Of a DNA stretch of 51,276 nt, positions 25,611-33,970 are shown piece by piece (within the stretch, counting starts at the first letter, position 1; each line of letters begins with the position of its first letter). A program made the position numbers and the translations under genes. This DNA comes from Candidatus Micrarchaeota archaeon (GTDB lineage Archaea > Micrarchaeota > Micrarchaeia > Micrarchaeales > Micrarchaeaceae), in the NCBI GenBank assembly GCA_021790455.1, contig JAJYDY010000001.1:1-51276 (forward strand). The letters run 5' to 3'. The notes beneath the pieces are model-generated. The model saw only the letters and a program-made list of their open reading frames with translations, ran no database searches and was not told the DNA's origin.

Positions 25611-26435
25611 GTGATTTTGTTGCACGAGAATAGGGTGGATAAAGCGCAAAGCGCGATGGAGTACCTCATGACCTATGGATGGGCGATACTTGTCATACTT
25701 GTCGTCCTTGGAATACTTTATCTATTGCACGTGTTCAGCCCAGGATCAGTCTTCGGGACATCATGCAATGCGAACTTCAACTACTACTGCGCGTATCCCA
25801 GCCTTGCATCGAACGGGACGATATCGTTTATGGGGGGACAGAACAGCGAGGTGCCTGAATACAACATTGCATTCGCGTGCACAGAGTCGACGAATACTAC
25901 GACAGGTGGGCCGTTCTCATCCACGAACCCGTGGAGATACATGGACAACAACTTTACGCTTTCTGGAAACTATAATTCTTCAGCCGCTTACGCGCTCCAG
26001 AGCAGCGACAAGATCCAGATCAACAACCTGCCATGCTATGGGAATGACGGCAACCTGCTTGCCAATGGCGCATTCTTGAGCTCTGGAACATCGTTCAGTG
26101 GCATTCTCTGGGTGAGATACACCTCAAACGCAGGCTCCGAGAACGGAGCATCGAACAGATGGATAACTGCACAGATTGCAACAGTCACGGCGCAGGTTAG
26201 CGTTGAGTCGACCAGTGCTTATGGGAACAAGACCAGTGGAGGCAGCAGCACTACGAGCGGGACGACAACGGTTTCTGGAGGCAGCAGCACTACGAGCGGG
26301 CCAACGACAGCAGGGTCAACGACCATGCCGGGCAGCGCGCTTCTCCCGCTCTCGTCCCCGCTGATAATCCTGATAGCTGGAGTGATAATAGTAATCGTAA
26401 TAATCATACTTTACCTAAGGAGTAGGATGTCGTAA
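25611..26435 (+). CDS. Class III signal peptide (type IV pilin-like) protein, array member 5, with an additional C-terminal TM tail
   Basis: GTG at 25611 (or GTG at 25635). DKAQSAMEYLMTYGWAILVILVVLGILYLL signal, 4-Cys pattern, LWVRYT...NRWITAQIATVTA. Duplicated GGSSTTSG linker, then PGSALLPLSSPLIILIAGVIIVIVIIILYLRSRMS. Confidence 0.85.
   Translation: MILLHENRVDKAQSAMEYLMTYGWAILVILVVLGILYLLHVFSPGSVFGTSCNANFNYYCAYPSLASNGTISFMGGQNSEVPEYNIAFACTESTNTTTGGPFSSTNPWRYMDNNFTLSGNYNSSAAYALQSSDKIQINNLPCYGNDGNLLANGAFLSSGTSFSGILWVRYTSNAGSENGASNRWITAQIATVTAQVSVESTSAYGNKTSGGSSTTSGTTTVSGGSSTTSGPTTAGSTTMPGSALLPLSSPLIILIAGVIIVIVIIILYLRSRMS
25640..25741 (+). repeat. 102-nt direct repeat, copy B (5' end of array member 5)
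   Basis: 99/102 nt identical to 22921-23022. The mismatches are gaatat/gagtac and gggcc/gggcg. Confidence 0.85.
26238..26300 (+). repeat. Tandem in-frame 39-nt period repeat in the Ser/Thr linker
   Basis: ggaggcagcagcactacgagcggg occurs perfectly at 26238-26261 and 26277-26300, encoding GGSSTTSG twice. Confidence 0.85.
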
Positions 26436-26455
26436 CCCCTGTTCTGATTTCCCGA

Positions 26456-27772
26456 TCATAACGGCACGGCAGGAGACAGCTGGCCCAGCCCGAGCGAACT
26501 GAGAAGCGCTTCCGGGTTGTCGTAGTATGCGCTGACTGCCTCGCTTATGCTCTTCATGTCGCGCTTGCCCATTATGTTGAGCTGCTCTAGTATCCTGGCT
26601 CTCACCGCCTCTTCAGCAAGGATGTCGGAAGGCGCGACGCCCACCATTTTCGAAAGGTTGTCCCTGTATGTTATGCTTGGCATCATCGGAGCTGCCTGGT
26701 TCGTCTTGTAATCGTACTTGAACACGTCGGAGAGAAGCACCTGGGTCTCAATGCCCGATATCTCAGATATCTGGACGACCTTCCTCTGCGGCTTGCCGTC
26801 CCTGTAGAGCGATGAAACTACGACTATTGCATCTATCACCGGGATTATGTCCCTCGGCACGTTCATCGGTGAGTGCTCAAGCCTGAGTATCACATCCCTG
26901 CTCGTAGAAGCGTGTATTGTGCCCATGCTTATCTTCCCTATGTTCATCGCCATGGCAAGGTCGTTCGCCTCCGCTCCCCTTATCTCCCCTATTATTATCA
27001 GATCAGGCCTCATCCTCAGCGCGTTCTTTACGAGCTCGGTCATTGGCAGGTCTGTGTTCGTTTCCAGCCTTGCGGTGTTGTCGTGCGCCTCTGTGTTGAG
27101 CTCGTATGTCTCCTCTATTGTGACGATCCTCTTCTCAGGCCTGAAGAAAGAGAAGAGCGTGTTGAGCAGTGTCGTCTTCCCAGACGCGGGAATTCCCCCT
27201 ATCATCAGGTTGGCAGGCTTCACCCTCAGGCCGTCGACATACAGCCAAAGCCTTGACGCGATCTTGTAGTCCAGAGTCCTGTTGTTGATTAGGTCTATTA
27301 TGCTGAGTGGCTTCTGCTTGAAGTTCCTTATCGTGACGTCGTATCCGACGGGGGAGGTTATTACATTCGCCCTGCTTCCGCTAGGCATGTGCACATCCAT
27401 TATCTTGCCGTGCGCCTGTTGGTTGGTCGCATAAAGCTTGAGCTTCCCAACGAATCGATTTAGCTTCTCCTGGCTGTCGAAGCTCACATCAAGCTTGATG
27501 AATCCCCTGAGCGAGTCAAAGACGTAGATGTTCATCGTGTTGTTTACCATTATATCTTCTATGGTGTTCGATTCCAGCAGGTCCTTTATAGGGGTTAGGT
27601 CGTTGACGTCAGCGTAAATCTCCCCCAGATCGCTCTCGCTGATGTCGGGCTTTATGTTCTTCGCCGCGGCGTGTATGAACCTTTTCCTGTTTTCCTCTTC
27701 GGAGTGTTCTGCGAACCTTCCAACTAGCTGCTTGAGCACAAGGTCCTCTATCTCGTAGAGCTTCCGGTCCAT
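26456..27772 (-). CDS. Type II/IV secretion-family ATPase (PilB/FlaI/VirB11-like)
   Basis: Walker A GGIPASGKTTLLNTL, Asp box IVTIEETYEL, Walker B DLIIIGEIRGAEA, His box GTIHAS. Convergent with the pilin array at a 20-nt gap. No FlaJ/TadC-like platform gene is adjacent. Confidence 0.9.
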   Translation of the reverse strand: MDRKLYEIEDLVLKQLVGRFAEHSEEENRKRFIHAAAKNIKPDISESDLGEIYADVNDLTPIKDLLESNTIEDIMVNNTMNIYVFDSLRGFIKLDVSFDSQEKLNRFVGKLKLYATNQQAHGKIMDVHMPSGSRANVITSPVGYDVTIRNFKQKPLSIIDLINNRTLDYKIASRLWLYVDGLRVKPANLMIGGIPASGKTTLLNTLFSFFRPEKRIVTIEETYELNTEAHDNTARLETNTDLPMTELVKNALRMRPDLIIIGEIRGAEANDLAMAMNIGKISMGTIHASTSRDVILRLEHSPMNVPRDIIPVIDAIVVVSSLYRDGKPQRKVVQISEISGIETQVLLSDVFKYDYKTNQAAPMMPSITYRDNLSKMVGVAPSDILAEEAVRARILEQLNIMGKRDMKSISEAVSAYYDNPEALLSSLGLGQLSPAVPL

Positions 27773-27805
27773 GAAATCTATTCATTATGGAGGAAAAGGC
27801 TTAAA

Positions 27806-29029
27806 TTAGTTGTTCGGGAGAATAGAGTCCACTATGAAGTCGGGAGTGTATCTGACAAGGGCATCGTAAGACTCACCGGTGCCAAGGTAGAGGAGCGGAA
27901 TGCCGGTGGTGTATGCGATGGATATCGCGTTCCCGCCCTTCGCATCAACATCCAGCTTCGTCAGTATTATCCCGTCTATCCTCATGAACTTGGCGAATTC
28001 GCGCACCTGCTCGGAGAGCTGGTTCCCGGTTGTGCTCTCGCCGACGAATATTGTTATGTCCGGCTGTGCAACGCGCACCATCTTCTCCATCTCCTTGATG
28101 AGGTTCTTGTTTGTCTCCTGCCTTCCCGCGCTATCAATGAGTACCGCTTGTATGCCGTGCGCCTTCGCGTAGGCTATAGCGTCGAAGGCTATGCTTGCCG
28201 GGTCGGCGCCGTACTTGCTCTTTATGACTGGCACGCCGACCTTCGTCGCGTGGTGCTCCGTCTGTTCGATCGCAGCAGCACGGAATGTGTCGCTGGCGGA
28301 CATCACGCTGCTTATGCCCTCCTTCTTGAGCGCATGGGCGATCTTCGCTATGGTGGTGGTTTTGCCTGTGCCGTTCGGACCAAGGAAAAGTATCTTCACC
28401 GGCGTATTCCCGACTGCAATCTTCTCCTTTACGAACAGGTTTACATCTATCCCTGCCCTGCTCCTGGCAAGTATGTCAAATAGTGACTTCCTCACCGCAT
28501 CGACAAGGTTCCTCTGTATATTCCTTGAGTCGAGCTTCGTTGACTTGAGGTTTCCCCTTAGATCCTCGAGAAATGCCTCCGCAGCCTCGAACGAGACGTC
28601 CGATTGGAGTAGGGACAGTTTCAGGTTATCGAGGAAGTCGTCTATCTCTTTATCTCCGAGGGTTATATTGCTTGTGAATACCCCTTTTATCTTTGTCTTC
28701 AGCGAGAGCTTGAGCAGCTCCTTGTTATCCTTCTCCCCGCCCCTCCTCTCCTCCTTCACTTCATTCTTCGATTCGATCGGTTGCGGTTTTGGGACAGGAT
28801 GTGCTTCTTCCTCAGGTTTAGTCTGTGGTGCCGGTCGCGGTGGTTGTGAAGGAGGAAGTGCGGTCTTTTCTTCTTCTGCTTTTGCCTCTGCCCTCTCGGC
28901 TTTCTCCTTCGCCTCCTCTCTTCTTTCCTCCCTTCTTTCCTCCTTTGTCTCTTCCTTTATCTCCTTTTCCTCCTTCTTGGCGAATATCTTTACGGCTTCT
29001 GAAAGCTTCTTCTTCAATCCATCGAACAT
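27806..29029 (-). CDS. ftsY: Signal recognition particle receptor FtsY
   Basis: K/E-rich N-terminal A-domain, then an NG domain with GPNGTGKTTT, DSAGRQ and TKLDVDAKGG. Confidence 0.93.
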   Translation of the reverse strand: MFDGLKKKLSEAVKIFAKKEEKEIKEETKEERREERREEAKEKAERAEAKAEEEKTALPPSQPPRPAPQTKPEEEAHPVPKPQPIESKNEVKEERRGGEKDNKELLKLSLKTKIKGVFTSNITLGDKEIDDFLDNLKLSLLQSDVSFEAAEAFLEDLRGNLKSTKLDSRNIQRNLVDAVRKSLFDILARSRAGIDVNLFVKEKIAVGNTPVKILFLGPNGTGKTTTIAKIAHALKKEGISSVMSASDTFRAAAIEQTEHHATKVGVPVIKSKYGADPASIAFDAIAYAKAHGIQAVLIDSAGRQETNKNLIKEMEKMVRVAQPDITIFVGESTTGNQLSEQVREFAKFMRIDGIILTKLDVDAKGGNAISIAYTTGIPLLYLGTGESYDALVRYTPDFIVDSILPNN

Positions 29030-29043
29030 TCTATGACCTAGAA

Positions 29044-29508
29044 TCAGTGGGAGAGCTCCTCTATCCTGTATGCAATCTCGAGCAGCGCGCGCTCCAGCTC
29101 CCTCCTGTTCTTAGTCAGCTGGTTTATCGCGTTCGTCGTGTTGTCGACGGCCTTCGCAACATATCCCTTTGCGCTGGCTATGTCCTTCTCTACAAGGAAG
29201 CCTCCTCCGACGTTAACCACAACACTCTTCTGATTGGTTATTGCGCCGCCGGCGTACGCGCCTCCGCCAAGACCAAGAAGCAGGTTCTTGTTTACTATAG
29301 TATCTATGTTTTCCAGGGTCTGCTGCGTGTTCTGGAAGTTCTTCAGCGCATCAAGCCTGGTGCTTATCTCGCTGGCTATGGATGCATATTGGTTTTGGTA
29401 TATCTGGTGCATATAGCGCAGCTCATCCAGCTGCTCGCCGCTCGACGGTTGTGCAGCAGGCTGCGGCTTCTTCAGCTGGTTCGACGGATTCGCGTTTGGT
29501 GTTGCCAT
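29044..29508 (-). CDS. pfdA: Prefoldin alpha subunit
   Basis: Coiled coil - two beta-hairpins - coiled coil layout (LLLGLGGGAYAGG...VVVNVGGGFLVEKD). The conserved ftsY-pfdA-aIF6 neighbourhood supports the call. Start taken at MATPNANP (ATG 29508) with a gatatatc box about 20 nt upstream; 29562 remains possible. Confidence 0.72.
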   Translation of the reverse strand: MATPNANPSNQLKKPQPAAQPSSGEQLDELRYMHQIYQNQYASIASEISTRLDALKNFQNTQQTLENIDTIVNKNLLLGLGGGAYAGGAITNQKSVVVNVGGGFLVEKDIASAKGYVAKAVDNTTNAINQLTKNRRELERALLEIAYRIEELSH

Positions 29509-29566
29509 AAAAACACTTCTGAGTATCAGATATATCCTTTCTTTCACAACCTTTTTATGCATTGTT

Positions 29567-30241
29567 TTATTCGTTCAGTTCAAGGCCTTCCATTATGCGC
29601 GCAAGTTCGAAGCCGGTCGTGCTGTCTCCGACGACTATGCCGTTGGAGTTCGCGACAACAGAGAGGCCGAGGCTGAGCGCACCAGTGTTTGCAGTCGTGC
29701 TTATCGAGTTATAGCCTGTAATCCTGTCGACCTGCGCCTTCTGCGCATCGGTGGCGTTGTTTGTTATCACAAGGCCCTTGTTCGTGAGTATGTTGTTCGC
29801 GCCTACGGTCTTGAACCCGCCGAGCTCATCCTTTATCGTCTCTACGCCGAGCACATCCCTTATGGATTGGACAGCCGTTGCATCGAAGTCAGGATTGACT
29901 ATGGCAATCTTGTCATTGGCTAGTATGTTGTTGCCGACCGCGTTCAGCCCGCTCTCTAGGACGGATATGTTTATGCCAAGGTCCTGCTCCTTGAGCATTT
30001 GGAGCTGCCTCTCCTCGACGAGGTTGGAGAGGAGCATCCCGTTCGAGTTCGCTTTTATGAACAAGCCTACAAGAGAAGTCCCGAACGCAGGAAGGAAGAC
30101 TGGGCGCACACCGAGGTTACTGCATATCAGGTCCTCATTGTGCTTTGTGACGTCGTTGCCGAAGAAAGCGTACTTGTCGGTTGCGCTGATGAATGCACCG
30201 AGATAATCGCTCCCTTTTATAGTGCATTTAGCAACGCCCAT
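29567..30241 (-). CDS. eif6: Translation initiation factor 6 (aIF6)
   Basis: 224 aa with five-fold pseudo-repeats carrying G..N...L.N motifs (AVGNNILANDK, TVGANNILTNKG, LSVVANSNG). Confidence 0.9.
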   Translation of the reverse strand: MGVAKCTIKGSDYLGAFISATDKYAFFGNDVTKHNEDLICSNLGVRPVFLPAFGTSLVGLFIKANSNGMLLSNLVEERQLQMLKEQDLGINISVLESGLNAVGNNILANDKIAIVNPDFDATAVQSIRDVLGVETIKDELGGFKTVGANNILTNKGLVITNNATDAQKAQVDRITGYNSISTTANTGALSLGLSVVANSNGIVVGDSTTGFELARIMEGLELNE

Positions 30242-30283
30242 TCTATCACTGATAATACGAATAAATGTTTAATAAACAGTCGC

Positions 30284-30727
30284 CTACTTCGCCGGCTTTG
30301 AGGATTCGCCTGGTTTTTGTTCCTGCTTCTTTGCTTCAGGCTTCTGTTGCGCCTTCTCCTTTCCCTCCTTCTGGGCTCCTTTCTCCGGCTGCTGACCTTC
30401 CTGCTGCTCCTTCTTGGTTATCGAGAAGAGTGATTTCTTTCCCTTCTTCTCCTCCTTTGGGGCTTCTGCCTTCCCCTCGACGTAGGGCAGGACGTCTGCG
30501 GTGTCGGTTCCTATCTTAACCCTGACTTTGAGCGGCACCATCTTCCTTGAGTAGTGCTTGAATATCAGGTTGTTGAGGTCGTAGCCTATCTTGACGTTCT
30601 CGGGGTCAAGCTTGGTGTAGTGCGCTATCCTTTCTCGCACATAGCGGCTTGCCTTCCTAGCCCTCTTCGTGCGGGGTTGCTTCACCAGATATTTCCTGAG
30701 GTTTATCGTAATCAATCGCTCTGCCAT
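30284..30727 (-). CDS. rpl31e: Ribosomal protein eL31 with a long K/E/Q-rich C-terminal extension
   Basis: ITINLRKYLVKQPRTKRARKASRYVRERIAHY...VKIGYDLNNLIF matches the eL31 core. About 55 extra low-complexity residues follow it. Confidence 0.85.
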   Translation of the reverse strand: MAERLITINLRKYLVKQPRTKRARKASRYVRERIAHYTKLDPENVKIGYDLNNLIFKHYSRKMVPLKVRVKIGTDTADVLPYVEGKAEAPKEEKKGKKSLFSITKKEQQEGQQPEKGAQKEGKEKAQQKPEAKKQEQKPGESSKPAK

Positions 30728-30750
30728 ATAATCACATATTTTTGTTATTC

Positions 30751-30912
30751 TTATTCTCCGGATATTCGCATCTTAGTCCTTCTCCAATTCCTCTGGAAAA
30801 GGTTCTGCTGCACCCTCCTGTGCGTGCGGACGACCGCAAGCGTAGGGGTGCGCCTTCCCTGTTTTATCTTCTTTCCAAGCCTGACCTTCTTTAGCTGTGT
30901 TTTCTTCGACAT
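30751..30912 (-). CDS. rpl39e: Ribosomal protein eL39
   Basis: Not in the ORF track (53 aa). Manual translation gives MSKKTQLKKVRLGKKIKQGRRTPTLAVVRTHRRVQQNLFQRNWRRTKMRISGE, typical of eL39, in the conserved position upstream of eL31. Confidence 0.85.
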   Translation of the reverse strand: MSKKTQLKKVRLGKKIKQGRRTPTLAVVRTHRRVQQNLFQRNWRRTKMRISGE

Positions 30913-30948
30913 CTTCCCACTCTTGTTTTTTGCTTCTCTTTTTTCCTT

Positions 30949-31266
30949 TCACTTGTGCTTGAACTCAATCCTTGATTCCGGTCTTGCAGTAACCTTCTGC
31001 AATATCATTATCAGCTGCTCTTCCGTTATCTTTCCGTTTATCCTGCTGCCCTGGGCGAGCGATATTATGAGGTTTACCAGCTGCGAATAAAGCTCAGGGT
31101 TCGCAGCCCTTATGTTCATGAGCCTTTCATATGCCTTAGGCGCAAGCAGCCTCTGCATCGCTTCCTTCTTCTGCTGCTCGATCTGCGCAGCCTTGTACTG
31201 CTGCATTATCGCTTTCCTCAACTTCTTCTGCTCAGGATCCGCTTGCTGATCCTCTTCATAATCCAT
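30949..31266 (-). CDS. PDCD5/TFAR19-family dsDNA-binding protein
   Basis: 105 aa. LAPKAYERLMNIRAANPELYSQLVNLIISLAQGSRINGKITEEQLIMILQKV fits the family core. It occupies the usual position between eS19 and eL39. Confidence 0.75.
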   Translation of the reverse strand: MDYEEDQQADPEQKKLRKAIMQQYKAAQIEQQKKEAMQRLLAPKAYERLMNIRAANPELYSQLVNLIISLAQGSRINGKITEEQLIMILQKVTARPESRIEFKHK

Positions 31267-31292
31267 AAATATCCTTTTGCTTTTCGCCTTTC

Positions 31293-31703
31293 TTAATCCT
31301 TCTTGATCTCCTTGCTAAGCTTGTCGAGGAAGGACTTGCCCTGTGGGGTTATCACTCTTCCTCTTTTCGTCTTCTTTATCAGGCTTAGCTGCTCCAGCCC
31401 GTCGAACGCATCCCTTATTATGCTACCGCCGCTCTGCATGTGGTGGTGCCTGTGCACCCTGTGCTCCTTCCTCGAACCGTATCTTGTCCTCAGCTTTGAA
31501 ACGCCGACAGGACCGTTCGCGTATACCTGCCTGAGTATAGATGCGCTCCTCACCCAGTAGAAGTCCGGATCTTCGGGAGGGCGCTCTCGGTCTGCGCCGC
31601 TCTTAGCATAGTTCAGGTAGTCTGGCTTCTTCATCTTCTCCTTGAGCCTTGCAGCCGCTAGCTTTACGAGTTCCGAGCCTTTAACTTCCAGTGCATTAGC
31701 CAT
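31293..31703 (-). CDS. rps19e: Ribosomal protein eS19
   Basis: PDFYWVRSASILRQVYANGPVGVSKLRTRYGSRK matches the eS19 core. Start taken at MANALEVKG; ATG 31712 is also possible. Confidence 0.85.
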   Translation of the reverse strand: MANALEVKGSELVKLAAARLKEKMKKPDYLNYAKSGADRERPPEDPDFYWVRSASILRQVYANGPVGVSKLRTRYGSRKEHRVHRHHHMQSGGSIIRDAFDGLEQLSLIKKTKRGRVITPQGKSFLDKLSKEIKKD

Positions 31704-31875
31704 GAATATCATCGATGAAAAAGACCGTTTCTTTTGACGTAAAAGTAGTCTTTAAGGCACTAAATACTCTGTCGAAAACCTATTAATACCTTTTGCTTGT
31801 AAATCACGGTTGCTTCCAGTAAACCACTGCAATGTATTAATAACTTCTGATTGATTTATCTGTGTTGGGTGCGAT

Positions 31876-32808
31876 ATGGCAAGGGCAAAAGTCTCGATAA
31901 TTGGTGCTGGAAGGGTGGGCTCAACAACTGCGCAAATCCTCGCTTACAAGGAGCTATGTGACATAGTGCTCTGGAACAGGACCGCGGGGACAGCTGAGGG
32001 GGTTGCGCTAGACCTAAATGAAAGCGCTCCCATATTCGGCTTCGATGTCGATATAGAGGGGACAGACGACTTCTCCAGAATAAAGGGGAGCGCGATAGTG
32101 GCTGTCACAGCCGGCGCGCAGAGGAAGGAGGGGATGTCAAGAGAGGATCTGCTCGCCACAAACTCTGCAATAGTGATAAGCGCCTGCGAGCAGGTCAAGA
32201 GGTACGCGCCAAAGAGCAAGCTGGTAGTTATAACGAACCCGCTGGATTCGATGGTGTTGCTTGCAAAGTCAGTGACTGGGTTCCCTAGGCAGAGGGTGAT
32301 GGGCATGGCCGGGATACTCGATTCGTCTAGATTCCGCGATTTCATAGCAAAGGAGTTGGGAGAGAGCGTGAGCGACATATCTGCGCTGGTGCTTGGCGGG
32401 CATGGTGACTTTATGGTGCCGCTTCCGAGATATACCACTGTAAGCGGGACGCCAGTAGAGGACCTTCTCTCAAAGGAAAAGTTGGCAAAGATTGTGGATA
32501 GGACAAGGAACGCTGGCGCCGAAATCATAAGGCTTGAAAAGGAGTCAAGCGCATTCTATGCGCCAGCCGCATCGCTGGCACTTATGATAGAGGCTATGCT
32601 GAAGGACAAGAAGATGACCCTTCCGTGCGCTGCGTACCTTGATGGAGAATATGGAATAAGCGGCATCTTCATGGGGGTGCCAGTGGTGCTCGGCGCAAAA
32701 GGAATAGAGAAGGTGGTAGAGCTGAAGCTGAACAGCGAGGAGAAGGCACTGGTGAAGCTGTCCGCAGAAAAGATAAAGGGTTCGGTGAAGGGGCTGAGAT
32801 TGAATTGA
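31876..32808 (+). CDS. mdh: Malate dehydrogenase (LDH-like family)
   Basis: IIGAGRVGSTTA Rossmann motif, AGAQRKEGMSREDLL (Arg-type substrate loop) and ITNPLD. Confidence 0.88.
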   Translation: MARAKVSIIGAGRVGSTTAQILAYKELCDIVLWNRTAGTAEGVALDLNESAPIFGFDVDIEGTDDFSRIKGSAIVAVTAGAQRKEGMSREDLLATNSAIVISACEQVKRYAPKSKLVVITNPLDSMVLLAKSVTGFPRQRVMGMAGILDSSRFRDFIAKELGESVSDISALVLGGHGDFMVPLPRYTTVSGTPVEDLLSKEKLAKIVDRTRNAGAEIIRLEKESSAFYAPAASLALMIEAMLKDKKMTLPCAAYLDGEYGISGIFMGVPVVLGAKGIEKVVELKLNSEEKALVKLSAEKIKGSVKGLRLN

Positions 32809-32823
32809 TGTTTTGGTGTTGTC

Positions 32824-33966
32824 ATGGTAAATGGGAAATTATCTGCAGGATTCAAGAAGGGGCTTGAGGATGTAATCGCAGGAGAGTCAAAGATATGCAA
32901 GGTTGACGGGAAGAGGGGCAGGCTTTATTACAGGGGATATTCAATAGAGGACCTTTCGACAAACTGCACTTTTGAGGAGGTGACCTACCTGCTCCTCGAA
33001 GGGAAGCTGCCCAACAGGAAGGAGCTGGCTCGATTCACAAAGGAGCTTTCATCGATGCGCAATCTTCCTAAATACGTTGTGGAGATACTGGAGGAAGTGG
33101 CGCACAGGACCACGCCGATGGAGGCGCTCAGGACGGCGGTAAGTTCGCTGGCGGGAGGCGATAAGGATGTCGAGGGCATCACTACAGATTACCACCTTGC
33201 GCAGGGGAAGTCTATGGTTGCGAAATTCGCGACTATTGTGGCCTATTACCATAGGATAAACAACAAGATGGAGATTGTAAAACCAGATCCGTCACTCGGG
33301 CACGCAGCCAACTTCCTGTACATGGTCACAGGAAAGAGGCCGAGTGAGATAGAAGCTATGGCGATGGACCAGGACCTTGTGCTGCATGCGGAGCACAGCT
33401 TCAATGCGTCTACCTTCGCTGCGAGGATCACGGTGTCTACGCTCAGCGATATGTATTCCGCAATGACAACAGGCATAGGCGTGCTGAAGGGGCCGCTTCA
33501 TGGAGGGGCAAGCGAAGCTGTGATGAGACAGCTGCAGGCCATAGGCTCAGTCGAGAAAGTGGAGCCGTATGTCAAGGATGCACTGTCCAAGCACCGGAGG
33601 ATGATGGGAATAGGCCACAGGGTCTACAAGGTGTACGATCCGCGCGCAAGGATATTGAAGAAGACTGCAGAGCGCTTCAGCAAGGCGACGGGAGACATGA
33701 AGTGGTACAACATCGCTGACAAGATAGAGAGGGTGATGTTCAGGGAGAAGAAGCTCTACCCTAATGTGGACTTCTTCTCCTCGATAATCTACAATGGCCT
33801 TGGCCTGCCGCTGGAGCTCGACTCCCCAATATTCGCAATATCAAGAGTGTCGGGATGGTCTGCGCACGCGCTCGAACAGTACGGAGACAACAGGCTGATA
33901 AGGCCGCTCGACTACTACACCGGACCGATCGATTTGAAGTTTATTCCTATAGACGAGAGGAAGTGA
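32824..33966 (+). CDS. gltA: Citrate synthase
   Basis: LHAEHSFNAST, GPLHGGASEAV and GHRVYKVYDPRA are citrate synthase signatures. Confidence 0.92.
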   Translation: MVNGKLSAGFKKGLEDVIAGESKICKVDGKRGRLYYRGYSIEDLSTNCTFEEVTYLLLEGKLPNRKELARFTKELSSMRNLPKYVVEILEEVAHRTTPMEALRTAVSSLAGGDKDVEGITTDYHLAQGKSMVAKFATIVAYYHRINNKMEIVKPDPSLGHAANFLYMVTGKRPSEIEAMAMDQDLVLHAEHSFNASTFAARITVSTLSDMYSAMTTGIGVLKGPLHGGASEAVMRQLQAIGSVEKVEPYVKDALSKHRRMMGIGHRVYKVYDPRARILKKTAERFSKATGDMKWYNIADKIERVMFREKKLYPNVDFFSSIIYNGLGLPLELDSPIFAISRVSGWSAHALEQYGDNRLIRPLDYYTGPIDLKFIPIDERK

Positions 33967-33970
33967 GCGC

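Noticed and set aside
28191-29676. Two long plus-strand ORFs (281 and 283 aa) rich in S/L/F/P repeats
   Set aside because: They are antisense to ftsY and pfdA. Their low-complexity sequence mirrors the K/E-rich coding strand, so I treat them as non-coding shadows.
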